Source of the DNA: Escherichia phage vB_EcoM_G50
Reading direction: 5' to 3' (one strand)
Length of the DNA: 64,000 nt
Sequence record: NC_054917.1
Part shown: positions 31,119 through 42,592 of the stretch, in pieces
How the letters are laid out: every line of letters starts with the position of its first letter
Position numbering within the stretch: position 1 is the first letter of the stretch
Translations under genes and position numbers: made by a program
The notes under the pieces: model-generated
Told to the model about the DNA's origin: nothing
Seen by the model: only the letters and a program-made list of their open reading frames with translations
Databases searched by the model: none

Positions 31119-31405
31119 TAAAACCTCATCTGAAAACCGTGCGATTTAACATTACCGCCGCCAATATCAGAAATATTAATTTCGCGCGCAATTGAAGGGT
31201 CAATGTCAATTTCACGATTGAGTTTAGTAATAGCTAGAGTATCACGCCCATTTACAGTACGGAACTCTAAAGGGCAGACTACATTAACGTAGTTTTTAAT
31301 TGATTCACTGGTAGGTTGCAAATGAGCAGGAAGGTCTTTAGGTGCCTTAGAGAAAACCACTTCACAGAAATTTTTGCGGGTATCAAAATAAGTAGTCATA
31401 AACAT
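31118..31405 (-). CDS. Hypothetical protein (30.x region)
   Basis: 95-aa ORF preceded by SD gagga. Confidence 0.55.
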   Translation of the reverse strand: MFMTTYFDTRKNFCEVVFSKAPKDLPAHLQPTSESIKNYVNVVCPLEFRTVNGRDTLAITKLNREIDIDPSIAREINISDIGGGNVKSHGFQMRF

Positions 31406-31421
31406 AGTATTTTCCTCAGTA

Positions 31422-31445
31422 AGGGGCCGAAGCCCCTCATTTTAT
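31422..31445 (+). terminator. Plus-strand-oriented hairpin plus T-run inside minus-strand gene block
   Basis: GGGGCC-GAAG-CCCC followed by TCATTTTATTTT on plus strand. Confidence 0.4.
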
Positions 31446-31446
31446 T

Positions 31447-31812
31447 TTAAATATCAAATTCGTTAAGAACTACATCAAAGATCGCTTCAAGATGCTCAGG
31501 TTTAGCTCTGTTACTCAGAATATGACGAATCCAAGTTTTAACCAGAAGCTTACGATTGACGCCATTCCAGCAAGGATGAGTACCTAAATCGCGTTGACGG
31601 AAATCATCATCTAATGCGATTTTAAAAGAAGAACCTTCTTTCGTGATTGAAACCGTGATGCCATTTTCAAATCGCATATAAACGTAGTTAGGAGTCATAT
31701 ACTGTTCAATTTCGCATACTGATCCATTTTGATGTTTCCAAAGGCAGATAGTATCAATAGAACCTGCAATACCATTAGAAACATATTTACGTTCAAAGTT
31801 GATGTAGTTCAT
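31447..31812 (-). CDS. Hypothetical protein (30.x region)
   Basis: 121-aa ORF. Confidence 0.6.
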   Translation of the reverse strand: MNYINFERKYVSNGIAGSIDTICLWKHQNGSVCEIEQYMTPNYVYMRFENGITVSITKEGSSFKIALDDDFRQRDLGTHPCWNGVNRKLLVKTWIRHILSNRAKPEHLEAIFDVVLNEFDI

Positions 31813-31880
31813 TTTTATTCTCCGAGATGTTTAATTGCGGTACAGGTATATAATATCATATCCTGTACCAAAGTAAACAA

Positions 31881-32213
31881 TTATTTTACTACTTTCCAAT
31901 GTTGCATGTCAAGTTTACCAACTTTTTTCATCTTCTCAATTAAGCGTTCGGCACGTTGGCGGGCTGTAACATAATACCATTCACCCAATTCATTTTGTTC
32001 AATTTTTCCAACGATTACTGTATTCAATTCATAAATCCAACCAGTAAAGAAATTATGAACTTGAATTGTAAAGGTGAAATCTGTTCCCATACCTTCTGTT
32101 GTTTCTACTTCAATAATATCACCTTCAACTGCCATTAAGAACCACATAGTTTCATCATATTTACCATTGAAGCATTTAGTTTTAACTGTAGCGTTCAGAT
32201 TAATCGTTTTCAT
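31881..32213 (-). CDS. Hypothetical protein (30.x region)
   Basis: 110-aa ORF with early promoter-like sequence upstream. Confidence 0.6.
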   Translation of the reverse strand: MKTINLNATVKTKCFNGKYDETMWFLMAVEGDIIEVETTEGMGTDFTFTIQVHNFFTGWIYELNTVIVGKIEQNELGEWYYVTARQRAERLIEKMKKVGKLDMQHWKVVK

Positions 32214-32239
32214 TTTATTCTCCTTTGTTTGTGTAAGAT

Positions 32240-32273
32240 AATACTATCACAAAGGAACTATACTGTAAACAAC
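32240..32273 (-). promoter_or_regulatory. Early promoter-like sequence
   Basis: minus-strand GTTTACA, 17 nt, TGATAGTAT. Confidence 0.45.
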
Positions 32274-32323
32274 TTTATGCAATCTTTGGAAAATAAAAAA
32301 GGACTCCCGAAGGAGTCCTCAAC

Positions 32324-32500
32324 TTATGCTTTCTGCTTACCAAAACGAGAAGCATCATCTCGAAGAACCGCACGTGCTCGGCGCATGATCTTCTCAACAG
32401 TTTGATTGATACGAGAGTTCGACCCACGCTTGTAACCAGCGCGTTTAGAATCACCAACTTTCTTTTCAACTGCTTTCTTTGCTTTAGCTTGTTTTGCCAT
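32324..32500 (-). CDS. Small highly basic protein (possible nucleic-acid binding)
   Basis: 58 aa from ATG 32500 (MAKQAKAKKAVEKK...); track ORF extends upstream through a hairpin so the shorter start is preferred; K/R about 30 percent. Confidence 0.5.
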   Translation of the reverse strand: MAKQAKAKKAVEKKVGDSKRAGYKRGSNSRINQTVEKIMRRARAVLRDDASRFGKQKA

Positions 32501-32694
32501 TATAAATTCTCTTTTAAATGAAAATGCAGGACTTATTGGCATTGCCTGCGAAAGCCCTCAAGGGGTACTTAGGTTTTGAATATTTACCGACAGGATAACC
32601 ATAAACCTCGTCAACATTCAAGAGGTACACCGTAAAACAAAGTTCGACGGCTCCTCGTTTTAACTTCACACTAAGGCAGTGACTCTCCAATAAA

Positions 32695-32943
32695 TTACTT
32701 CAGTGTTACCACAAAGTGACGAACTGCTTTTCGTGCAGCAGAAGCCAGAGGCTTAGCATACTTAAGTTCATCTTTTTCCTGAAGCTCAGCGGCTAATGCA
32801 GTTTGAGCAGGATTCAGATGTTTGAAATAACGCAGGATTTCAAGAGCTTCGGCTTCAACATCAATAGATGCGCCATAGTTTTCGTGACCATTATTCCATG
32901 CGTTTCGTTGCAGTTCAAGAGCGTGTTGTAATTGTTTAATCAT
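32695..32943 (-). CDS. rIII: rIII lysis inhibition accessory protein
   Basis: 82 aa, T4 length, position upstream of 30.x and downstream of gene 31. Confidence 0.82.
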   Translation of the reverse strand: MIKQLQHALELQRNAWNNGHENYGASIDVEAEALEILRYFKHLNPAQTALAAELQEKDELKYAKPLASAARKAVRHFVVTLK

Positions 32944-33082
32944 TTAAAAATTCTCGTTAGAGATTAAAACTCGGTAGTCACGTTCTTCTGAATTTCATCT
33001 TCTTTCGACAGATCTCTCAGTTGTAGACTACCACATAGAATTGTTCGGTTAACTTATTATTCCGACACCCAATTCATATTAT

Positions 33083-33090
33083 TATTTATA
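33083..33090 (-). promoter_or_regulatory. Late promoter motif (rIII)
   Basis: TATAAATA on minus strand in 31-rIII intergenic region. Confidence 0.4.
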
Positions 33091-33426
33091 TCACTTATAA
33101 AGACACGGAATAGCTTTATAGTGACAGGTTACGAATTTTTGTTTAATTTCTTTTGGCTGCTTAAGACCCAGAGCTACAAAAGGATGAGGAACGTTTCGAA
33201 TTTGACCAACTGGAAGAGAAGTCAAATCACCAACTTCGCAGAAACCTTCAGGAACATCAGGACCAACAGAGTGAACTACACACAGTTCAGGAACTTCACC
33301 TTGGACACGTTTACCAATAATAAGTCCTGATTCTGTAACTTCTTCATCACCGGCTTGCGCAGGTTCAGAAACTAAAATAACATATTCACCGACAGCACGA
33401 ATTGGTAGCTGTTGTACTTCAGACAT
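33091..33426 (-). CDS. 31: Co-chaperonin gp31 (GroES-like, capsid folding)
   Basis: 111 aa; recognised T4 gp31 sequence and length. Confidence 0.93.
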
Positions 33427-33482
33427 CGTTTTTCCTTTTTGTTAACAGATGAATTAATAATAACAAATAATTCTTAAAGCAT

Positions 33483-33791
33483 TTATTTACCAATAAATTG
33501 AAGCAAATGCTCAACTTTCATACCATTAACGGAAATCAATTTGTCAATAGAAAAACCTCGCCATGCACCAAGCTCAACATCAAATACTGGAATCATATCA
33601 GTAGATTCTTTCCGAGTAGATTCAGTCAATTTACCGGTTTGCATAGTTGGCATAAAGTCAGCATCACGAGTGCCTTTCATAGTACGAATAGTACCATCAG
33701 ACTTTTCAAAAACCACGTTTGAAATACCCATGGACAATTTAGTTTTCAAAATTTCACGAATTGCTACTTTCTGTTCAGTTGTCAGTTTCAT
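33483..33791 (-). CDS. 31.1: Hypothetical protein (T4 31.1 position)
   Basis: 102-aa ORF. Confidence 0.6.
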   Translation of the reverse strand: MKLTTEQKVAIREILKTKLSMGISNVVFEKSDGTIRTMKGTRDADFMPTMQTGKLTESTRKESTDMIPVFDVELGAWRGFSIDKLISVNGMKVEHLLQFIGK

Positions 33792-34028
33792 TTATTTACC
33801 TATTACAGTTTTAATATGAGTTGTTCCACGTTCTTTAAGAGTGGAAAGCAATTTTTGGCATTTTTCTAAATCAGATTTCCAACTATACGGCCTATCAATA
33901 CAAACCCATTCTGACTTATAATACTGTTTCCATTTAGAGAAAAAATATTTCTTATACTCTACAGCAAATGAAATGTTCTCGTTAGAATAAGAACTAATTG
34001 CTGTGAGCTGTACCAAACGAAATTTCAT
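33792..34028 (-). CDS. 31.2: Hypothetical protein (T4 31.2 position)
   Basis: 78-aa ORF abutting cd. Confidence 0.55.
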   Translation of the reverse strand: MKFRLVQLTAISSYSNENISFAVEYKKYFFSKWKQYYKSEWVCIDRPYSWKSDLEKCQKLLSTLKERGTTHIKTVIGK

Positions 34029-34609
34029 TATTCACCACAGAATTCGTTGATATTTTCCCAATTTAACTTATTTAAGTTTTTCTTAGGAACATTAAACACT
34101 TCAATACCCGCATTTCGCAGAATATCATCCCAGCCAGGTTTATTTTTATCGTATGTTTCGCAATAAACCAGCTTTTTAATTCCAGATTGAGCTATCGCTT
34201 TTGCACAATCTGGGCAAGGAGAAAGTGTTACATACATAGTAGCACCTTCAATTGAAGAACCATTTCGCGCAGCAAACAAAATCGCATTTAGTTCAGCATG
34301 AATTTCATTTTTAGACGACCACTCAGAGTGAGCACTACGATATTCTTTCGCCAAGACAAAACGATCAGTTGAACCAAATGATACACATTCAGGCTTATGA
34401 CCTTGAATGATAGTATGTTTAGGCTTATTTAGCAACCAACCTTGCTCAACAGCATAATCGCAGCAATTCACACCCCCGGCAGGTGAACCATTATATCCGG
34501 TAGAAATAATACGTCCATTCTTTTCAATTACCGCTCCTACCTTCCAGGAGCAACATTTTGATTCTTGTGATACTAAATATGCAATTTGAAGTACTGTACT
34601 CGCTTTCAT
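34028..34609 (-). CDS. cd: dCMP deaminase
   Basis: 193 aa; zinc-binding deaminase motifs HAELNA and PCPDCAKAI. Confidence 0.94.
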   Translation of the reverse strand: MKASTVLQIAYLVSQESKCCSWKVGAVIEKNGRIISTGYNGSPAGGVNCCDYAVEQGWLLNKPKHTIIQGHKPECVSFGSTDRFVLAKEYRSAHSEWSSKNEIHAELNAILFAARNGSSIEGATMYVTLSPCPDCAKAIAQSGIKKLVYCETYDKNKPGWDDILRNAGIEVFNVPKKNLNKLNWENINEFCGE

Positions 34610-34944
34610 TTCATAATCACCAGATAAGCAGATTTAGCAGTTTCAACACGATAAATTTCGTGACGAAGTTTAGTTATACTTTTAATAACAGAACTAATTA
34701 TATTCTGCCCATCTTTAAAGCGGTTTTTCTTATCAATAAAAATTGCACCAACCATCTTTTTGTGAAGCTCAACAGGATACTTCGTCACAATAATAGCATC
34801 ATACACAGAAGGATGAATACTGTTCACCAGAGTATCGTTCATTAAAGTTATTCTAATGAACTGTGCTGTTTCAGAATCAAGCGCTCTATGATCGCCAGTA
34901 TCATTTTCAAGACAATTATCAATTATATCAGTTAAATTCATCAT
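34606..34944 (-). CDS. Hypothetical protein (cd.1 position)
   Basis: 112-aa ORF, overlap with cd start. Confidence 0.6.
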   Translation of the reverse strand: MMNLTDIIDNCLENDTGDHRALDSETAQFIRITLMNDTLVNSIHPSVYDAIIVTKYPVELHKKMVGAIFIDKKNRFKDGQNIISSVIKSITKLRHEIYRVETAKSAYLVIMK

Positions 34945-35177
34945 AGTACGCCATACACCCTTTGTGCTTCAACTAATCCATCAAAATCCAGTTTAAGATG
35001 TGTTATTTGGTCACCATCACCTGGATTCACAATTACTAATACTGAACGAGGAGTTTCGGTAATGACACGAACCGATGTTTCAGGAAATCGTTCAGAAACC
35101 TTATTTACCAATTCCTGAGCAAATAGTTTAACTTTTTCTTGGAATTCTTTAGTAGTAATTGGTTTTTCACTTAGCAT
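34941..35177 (-). CDS. Hypothetical protein (cd.2 position)
   Basis: 78-aa ORF. Confidence 0.55.
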   Translation of the reverse strand: MLSEKPITTKEFQEKVKLFAQELVNKVSERFPETSVRVITETPRSVLVIVNPGDGDQITHLKLDFDGLVEAQRVYGVL

Positions 35178-35698
35178 GTTGATCCCAGCTCCTTACTTTC
35201 AACGTTTTTAACTAATTTGACAGAAACTAATTCGGCATCTTGGGTAATCATTACCGGGCCTTCTTCATACTCTTCAAGATATTCTAGAGCTTTCTTTTTA
35301 GCTTCTTCCTTCGTATCAGTTTGAGCATAGATATAAAACATACAACCAGTAATACCTACTACTTTCCACTTAATTTCTTTATCAGTTTTAATTTCAAATT
35401 TACTGATAGAGTCATCTTTTTGAACTTCTTCGAAAAAATAATATTCTGACATATAAGTAATTGAAAATAGCGGGCTTTCTTTATAAGATTCGCCCATTAC
35501 ATCAACAGCTTTATACCAGCAATCGTCAATTTCGCGTTTAATGCTAATAACATTTTTCGCAGGATCTATTTTTACTTTAAATGAATTTTCCCCAATAAAC
35601 TGAGCAATTCGTTTATTAGCCCCACAAGTTTCATTAAAAATATCTTTATATCCAGCTTTAAAGCGATAAACCTTATCTTCTTCAAACCATTCGCTCAT
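35171..35698 (-). CDS. Hypothetical protein (cd.3 position)
   Basis: 175-aa ORF with early promoter-like sequence upstream. Confidence 0.6.
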   Translation of the reverse strand: MSEWFEEDKVYRFKAGYKDIFNETCGANKRIAQFIGENSFKVKIDPAKNVISIKREIDDCWYKAVDVMGESYKESPLFSITYMSEYYFFEEVQKDDSISKFEIKTDKEIKWKVVGITGCMFYIYAQTDTKEEAKKKALEYLEEYEEGPVMITQDAELVSVKLVKNVESKELGSTC

Positions 35699-35726
35699 TT
35701 CAATTTCCTCATTTGTTTTGGTAGAG

Positions 35727-35760
35727 CTATAATATCACAACTCTACCGTAAAGTAAACTA
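35727..35760 (-). promoter_or_regulatory. Early promoter-like sequence
   Basis: minus-strand GTTTAC, 18 nt, TGATATTAT. Confidence 0.4.
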
Positions 35761-36036
35761 TTAAATTGCTTTGAATTCTGATGTCTGTGATTCAAAGCGA
35801 ATATCGCCTTTGATGACTAGCTCAGCATCAAGACCGAATACGACAATAATATGAGCAGAACCTGGATACAGAGTAATTGCAATAGAATCTACCTGGTCTG
35901 GAAGCAAAGTATTCAATACATGAGTCACTTGAGCATGAATTCGAAGCTCAGCTGCATTATCAAGCTTTTCAAACATATTATTAGCAATAATTTGGCTAAA
36001 CACTACTTCTACGATTTTAGAGTAAGTCGGAAACAT
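35761..36036 (-). CDS. Hypothetical protein (cd.4 position)
   Basis: 91-aa ORF. Confidence 0.55.
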   Translation of the reverse strand: MFPTYSKIVEVVFSQIIANNMFEKLDNAAELRIHAQVTHVLNTLLPDQVDSIAITLYPGSAHIIVVFGLDAELVIKGDIRFESQTSEFKAI

Positions 36037-36038
36037 AT

Positions 36039-36239
36039 TTACCTCACATAATTTTCTTCAAGCCAATTAATAACATCCAAAGCGTTATCAAAAATTGAAC
36101 CATCTACTTTGTCTTCTGTTTCATAATCAAGAACATCTAAGCCTACTCTTCCGTCAACAATAGGCCATAAACAAAATAGATATTTCTTTTCTTTTTCAAT
36201 CTTATCGCAAAGACGATAAATCTTTTCTATGTTATTCAT
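36039..36239 (-). CDS. Hypothetical protein (cd.5 position)
   Basis: 66-aa ORF. Confidence 0.5.
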   Translation of the reverse strand: MNNIEKIYRLCDKIEKEKKYLFCLWPIVDGRVGLDVLDYETEDKVDGSIFDNALDVINWLEENYVR

Positions 36240-36428
36240 AAGTTTTCCATGGTAAAGGCAGTTTAGTTTTCTTTACTGTTAGTTCAACATCAGGATTCTT
36301 TTCTCTTAATTTAAGGCATTCCTCCCAAGCTCTGATTTCACTAGTGAATACACAAAATTGTCCATTACTAGTACCAACTAAACCACTATTTACAATAACA
36401 ATAGACCAAGTTTCATGATGCCACGCCA

Positions 36429-36429
<1 letters not shown>
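36232..36429 (-). CDS. Hypothetical protein (extra ORF between pseT and cd.x)
   Basis: 65-aa ORF; W- and C-containing; sixth ORF where I recall five in T4. Confidence 0.45.
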
Positions 36430-37632
<1,203 letters not shown>

Positions 37633-37636
<4 letters not shown>

Positions 37637-37869
37637 TTATTTTTCTCAACTAATGATTGAATATAATCATGCAGGTCTTTAGATGCTTTACCCCACTTAT
37701 TTTGATATTCATTTTTAAGATTAGCACGTGATTGAGCTAATAAAACATCATTGGTTGGAGGTAAAGATTCTAATCGTTGAATCTGGCGTCCATAAATCAT
37801 TGCAGCCATCTCGGATTCATAAATCAATCCTTTGAGATGTTCAAATTGATGCCATGAAATCATTTGCAT
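37633..37869 (-). CDS. Hypothetical protein (pseT.1 region)
   Basis: 78-aa ORF. Confidence 0.5.
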
Positions 37870-38159
37870 TTATCCTCTTTTAACTCTTGGCGATAATAAC
37901 ATATCATAGTTTTTTGGTCATGTACATATCGTTTTACATCATTAAGCCAAATACGAAATTCCTGGGAATCTTCGAATGGCATACCGACCCAAGCTTTACC
38001 ATCAATAACTTTAACTTGCCAGGATAGTTTAGCTTCATCATATGACTTTATCTGCACAGGCCAATTAGGATGAACTGTTTCTTTCTTTACTTCTAGAGGC
38101 TTTGTCGAACAACCAACTAGAAGACCAATAGATAATATTACTGCTGATAGTTTAATCAT
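37860..38159 (-). CDS. pseT.2: Outer-membrane spanin lipoprotein (o-spanin)
   Basis: 99 aa; lipoprotein signal with lipobox LVGC (MIKLSAVILSIGLLVGCS); adjacent to i-spanin candidate. Confidence 0.68.
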   Translation of the reverse strand: MIKLSAVILSIGLLVGCSTKPLEVKKETVHPNWPVQIKSYDEAKLSWQVKVIDGKAWVGMPFEDSQEFRIWLNDVKRYVHDQKTMICYYRQELKEDKCK

Positions 38160-38509
38160 TTAGAAAGGTCCTGGATGTCTTCTGCGAACTTGTTGAAGGA
38201 GTTGTTGATTTGTTTTTCAACCAATCCTGGCTTATGAGCCACCACATCCGCCTTCTTTGCGTCTTTGCGCAGTTTTTCATTTTCACGCTCAATAGCAGCA
38301 ATTGCCTCACGATTTTTATTATTCATCGCATCAATATAATTATACTGAATTCGCAAATTATCTAATGCTAAAGCGTTTTCATTGGCCGTTTTTGTAATTT
38401 CTACAACAGACGTTTCTAATCTTTCAATTTTACTTTTTAAAATTAAAGAAGTTCCGCCCAATGCAATTACAATTAATAGCAAGCCTGCTGTCGTATTACT
38501 TAATTGCAT
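38156..38509 (-). CDS. pseT.3: Inner-membrane spanin (i-spanin)
   Basis: 117 aa; N-terminal TM helix then charged coiled-coil-like periplasmic domain. Confidence 0.68.
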   Translation of the reverse strand: MQLSNTTAGLLLIVIALGGTSLILKSKIERLETSVVEITKTANENALALDNLRIQYNYIDAMNNKNREAIAAIERENEKLRKDAKKADVVAHKPGLVEKQINNSFNKFAEDIQDLSK

Positions 38510-39003
38510 AAAGTTTTAATAACCTCTATAATATCGTCTTGAGAAAGACCGTTAATTAAAATATGATGTTCAGCAGGAGATTTAGAAATTTTAAAGCATG
38601 CCTCAACATCTTCTGCCATATCCGATGCGCTACGATTTGGATTACTAATTCCAAGACGATGTTTTCCCGTTAAAGGATTAACGATGATATAGCATTTACA
38701 GTTGTTAATATGAACATTAGGTTGAGTCTGATTAATGAACACATCACAATCATATTTCGCAAGCTGATTTTCTAAAAAGACTTTCATCTCCTCAACTGCA
38801 TCAGGAAGCATATCACGAGCTTGCTCAAGACGACGATTTCGATATTCTTTAATGGTCGTTTTCCGCTTGACTTGCTTAGCTAAATCTTTCTTAAGATCGG
38901 TGATATATCCAACTCGACGATTTCCTTTAAATACAGAAATACCATCTGTAGTATCACCGTATGCTTCAACGACCATTTCAGTAGTAATAAGCTGTAAATC
39001 CAT
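38500..39003 (-). CDS. alc: Alc, inhibitor of host transcription on cytosine-containing DNA
   Basis: 167 aa from second ATG; T4 length and position next to rnlA; early promoter upstream. Confidence 0.8.
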   Translation of the reverse strand: MDLQLITTEMVVEAYGDTTDGISVFKGNRRVGYITDLKKDLAKQVKRKTTIKEYRNRRLEQARDMLPDAVEEMKVFLENQLAKYDCDVFINQTQPNVHINNCKCYIIVNPLTGKHRLGISNPNRSASDMAEDVEACFKISKSPAEHHILINGLSQDDIIEVIKTLCN

Positions 39004-39032
39004 CATAAAGTCCTCATGTTATGTCAGTAAGA

Positions 39033-39066
39033 CTACTGTAACACAACACGAGGGACTTGTAAACAG
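39033..39066 (-). promoter_or_regulatory. Early promoter upstream of alc, near-identical copy of the 23255-23288 element
   Basis: minus-strand GTTTACA, identical 17-nt spacer AGTCCCTCGTGTTGTGT, then TACAGT. Confidence 0.5.
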
Positions 39067-39067
39067 C

Positions 39068-40655
<1,588 letters not shown>

Positions 40656-40662
40656 AATAAAA

Positions 40663-40676
40663 TGGGCCTTGCGGCC
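40663..40676 (-). terminator. Hairpin after nrdB
   Basis: GGGCC-loop-GGCCC followed on minus strand by AUUUUAUUAU. Confidence 0.45.
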
Positions 40677-40682
40677 CACTCC

Positions 40683-41861
40683 TTAAAAATATTTTTTAAA
40701 ACTCATCATAACTTTATCATCAACATCATTATCAATCTGTGCAACAAGATAAGATGACAGTTCTACTTCTTGTGGCGCGGATTGAACATTATCAGAATTA
40801 AGATATTCACGAATCCAAGGATATGGGTGTTTAACCGGAGCATCGGTAATTGGGCATGGAAGACCACACTGTTTCATACGAGATACAGTTAAGTAATCAA
40901 TAAAGCTCCACATGCTATTTGTATTTAATCCAGGAACATCGCCATCTTTAAATAAATGAACTGCCCAATCTTTTTCTTGGCGGTTAACTTCCATGAAAAT
41001 ATCAACTGCTTCTTGTTCACACTCTTGAGCAATTTTAACCCATTCATCGCCATCAGTGCCAAGTTGAAGTTGACGAATAATATATTGGGTGCCTTTAAGG
41101 TGAAGCTGCTCATCACGTGCAATGAACTTCATAATCTTGGCATTACCTTCCATGATTTCCATGTTCTTATGGAAGTTAAAGGTACACGCGAAAGATACAT
41201 AAAAACGAATAGCTTCTAAGGCATTAATAACGTGCAAACAGAGGTAAAGAGATTTCATTAGCTCACGCTTCCAATATGTCTCATGCTCAATAGCATCTTC
41301 AATAACGTCTTCGTCTGCATTAATTTCTTTTTGGTATTCGATATCAGCTTTAGCGTTTTCCCAATAACGAGTTTTAATCAGAACATCATCATAATAACGT
41401 CCAATGGATTCAGCACGTTTCATAATAGCTTCATCTAATACAATTTCATCAAATACCTTCGATGGATCAGTATAAAGATTTCGCATGATATGTGTATATG
41501 AACGGCTGTGAATAGTTTCACTAAAAGTCCATGTAGCAACCCATGTATCAAGGCTTGGGTCTGAAATTAATGACATAAGTACAGCAGACGGTGCACGACC
41601 CTGAATGCTATCCAAAAGTGATTGATACTTCAGGTTATTAGTAAAAATATTTTGCTGATACTGAGGAAGCTTATTAAACTGTGCAGCATCCATCATTAAG
41701 TTTACTTCTTCAGGACGCCAGAAAAATGATAATTGCTTTTCGGTCAAATCTTCAAAAACTTTATGGCGTTGAATATCATAACGCGCAATACCAAGACCTG
41801 AACCAAAAAACATAGGTTCTTTTAAAACATCAACTGGATTTGTATTAAAAACTGTAGACAT
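40683..41861 (-). CDS. nrdB: Ribonucleotide reductase beta subunit NrdB (uninterrupted, no intron)
   Basis: 392 aa from ATG 41861 (MSTVFNTNPVDVL...); di-iron RNR small subunit; ATG overlaps stop of the upstream HNH gene. Confidence 0.93.
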   Translation of the reverse strand: MSTVFNTNPVDVLKEPMFFGSGLGIARYDIQRHKVFEDLTEKQLSFFWRPEEVNLMMDAAQFNKLPQYQQNIFTNNLKYQSLLDSIQGRAPSAVLMSLISDPSLDTWVATWTFSETIHSRSYTHIMRNLYTDPSKVFDEIVLDEAIMKRAESIGRYYDDVLIKTRYWENAKADIEYQKEINADEDVIEDAIEHETYWKRELMKSLYLCLHVINALEAIRFYVSFACTFNFHKNMEIMEGNAKIMKFIARDEQLHLKGTQYIIRQLQLGTDGDEWVKIAQECEQEAVDIFMEVNRQEKDWAVHLFKDGDVPGLNTNSMWSFIDYLTVSRMKQCGLPCPITDAPVKHPYPWIREYLNSDNVQSAPQEVELSSYLVAQIDNDVDDKVMMSFKKYF

Positions 41862-42592
41862 TAATTTTTCCTCTTTAAAATTCTGCCGTGTTTCCAACCT
41901 GGCGGTATAATATCATCTTTACCTATAAGCGTGCATTCACTTCCATTATTAATCCATTTCTTACCGCGGATTCCTTTATAATCTCTTGGTTTTATTTTGT
42001 CAAACTTTGCATCAAGTTGATATGACCATCTAAATCCATAAGCATATTGAAATTTACCCTCGGCACAATATTTGATATTTGACCCGTTTCCATTAACTGA
42101 CCGGGACGCTGCCGCAATAGAGTGAAAGGTTTCTATGAAATCCCCATCTAATGAGAATTTATGTATTTCTACAGATGGGCACGCATATCTATTCACGTTA
42201 GATACATGCTGTTTAGTTTCGTTTTTATGATGCTTGCCTAGCATCCCTTTAGGATGAGGATTATTTTTCCAATATTTCTTAAAGAACTCAGAATTAGCTT
42301 TAGCAAATAATTTTCTGTGTAAGCTGTACAATCTGTTATTAATTCTATTGCCAGCTTTATCTGTTGCCATTAACGTTAACGCAGAGGCAAGACCAAAATG
42401 GCCTTCATTTATCTTACATAGTAATAGATGAGCTATAAAATGTTCTCTGGCTGTTAATTCAACTAAATTTTCCTTATCATCAGAACCTCCCATACATTTA
42501 GGGATTATATGATGTGTCTCTTTATATTCTAGTAAAGATTCCCGAGCCTGAGCTCGGGAAATTAGGTCGTTATAGATTTTTTGATAATTCAT
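41861..42592 (-). CDS. mobE: HNH homing endonuclease (MobE-like) between nrdA and nrdB
   Basis: 243 aa; HNH motif HHIIPKCMGGSDDKENLVELTAREHFIAH; inserted between the two RNR genes. Confidence 0.8.
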   Translation of the reverse strand: MNYQKIYNDLISRAQARESLLEYKETHHIIPKCMGGSDDKENLVELTAREHFIAHLLLCKINEGHFGLASALTLMATDKAGNRINNRLYSLHRKLFAKANSEFFKKYWKNNPHPKGMLGKHHKNETKQHVSNVNRYACPSVEIHKFSLDGDFIETFHSIAAASRSVNGNGSNIKYCAEGKFQYAYGFRWSYQLDAKFDKIKPRDYKGIRGKKWINNGSECTLIGKDDIIPPGWKHGRILKRKN

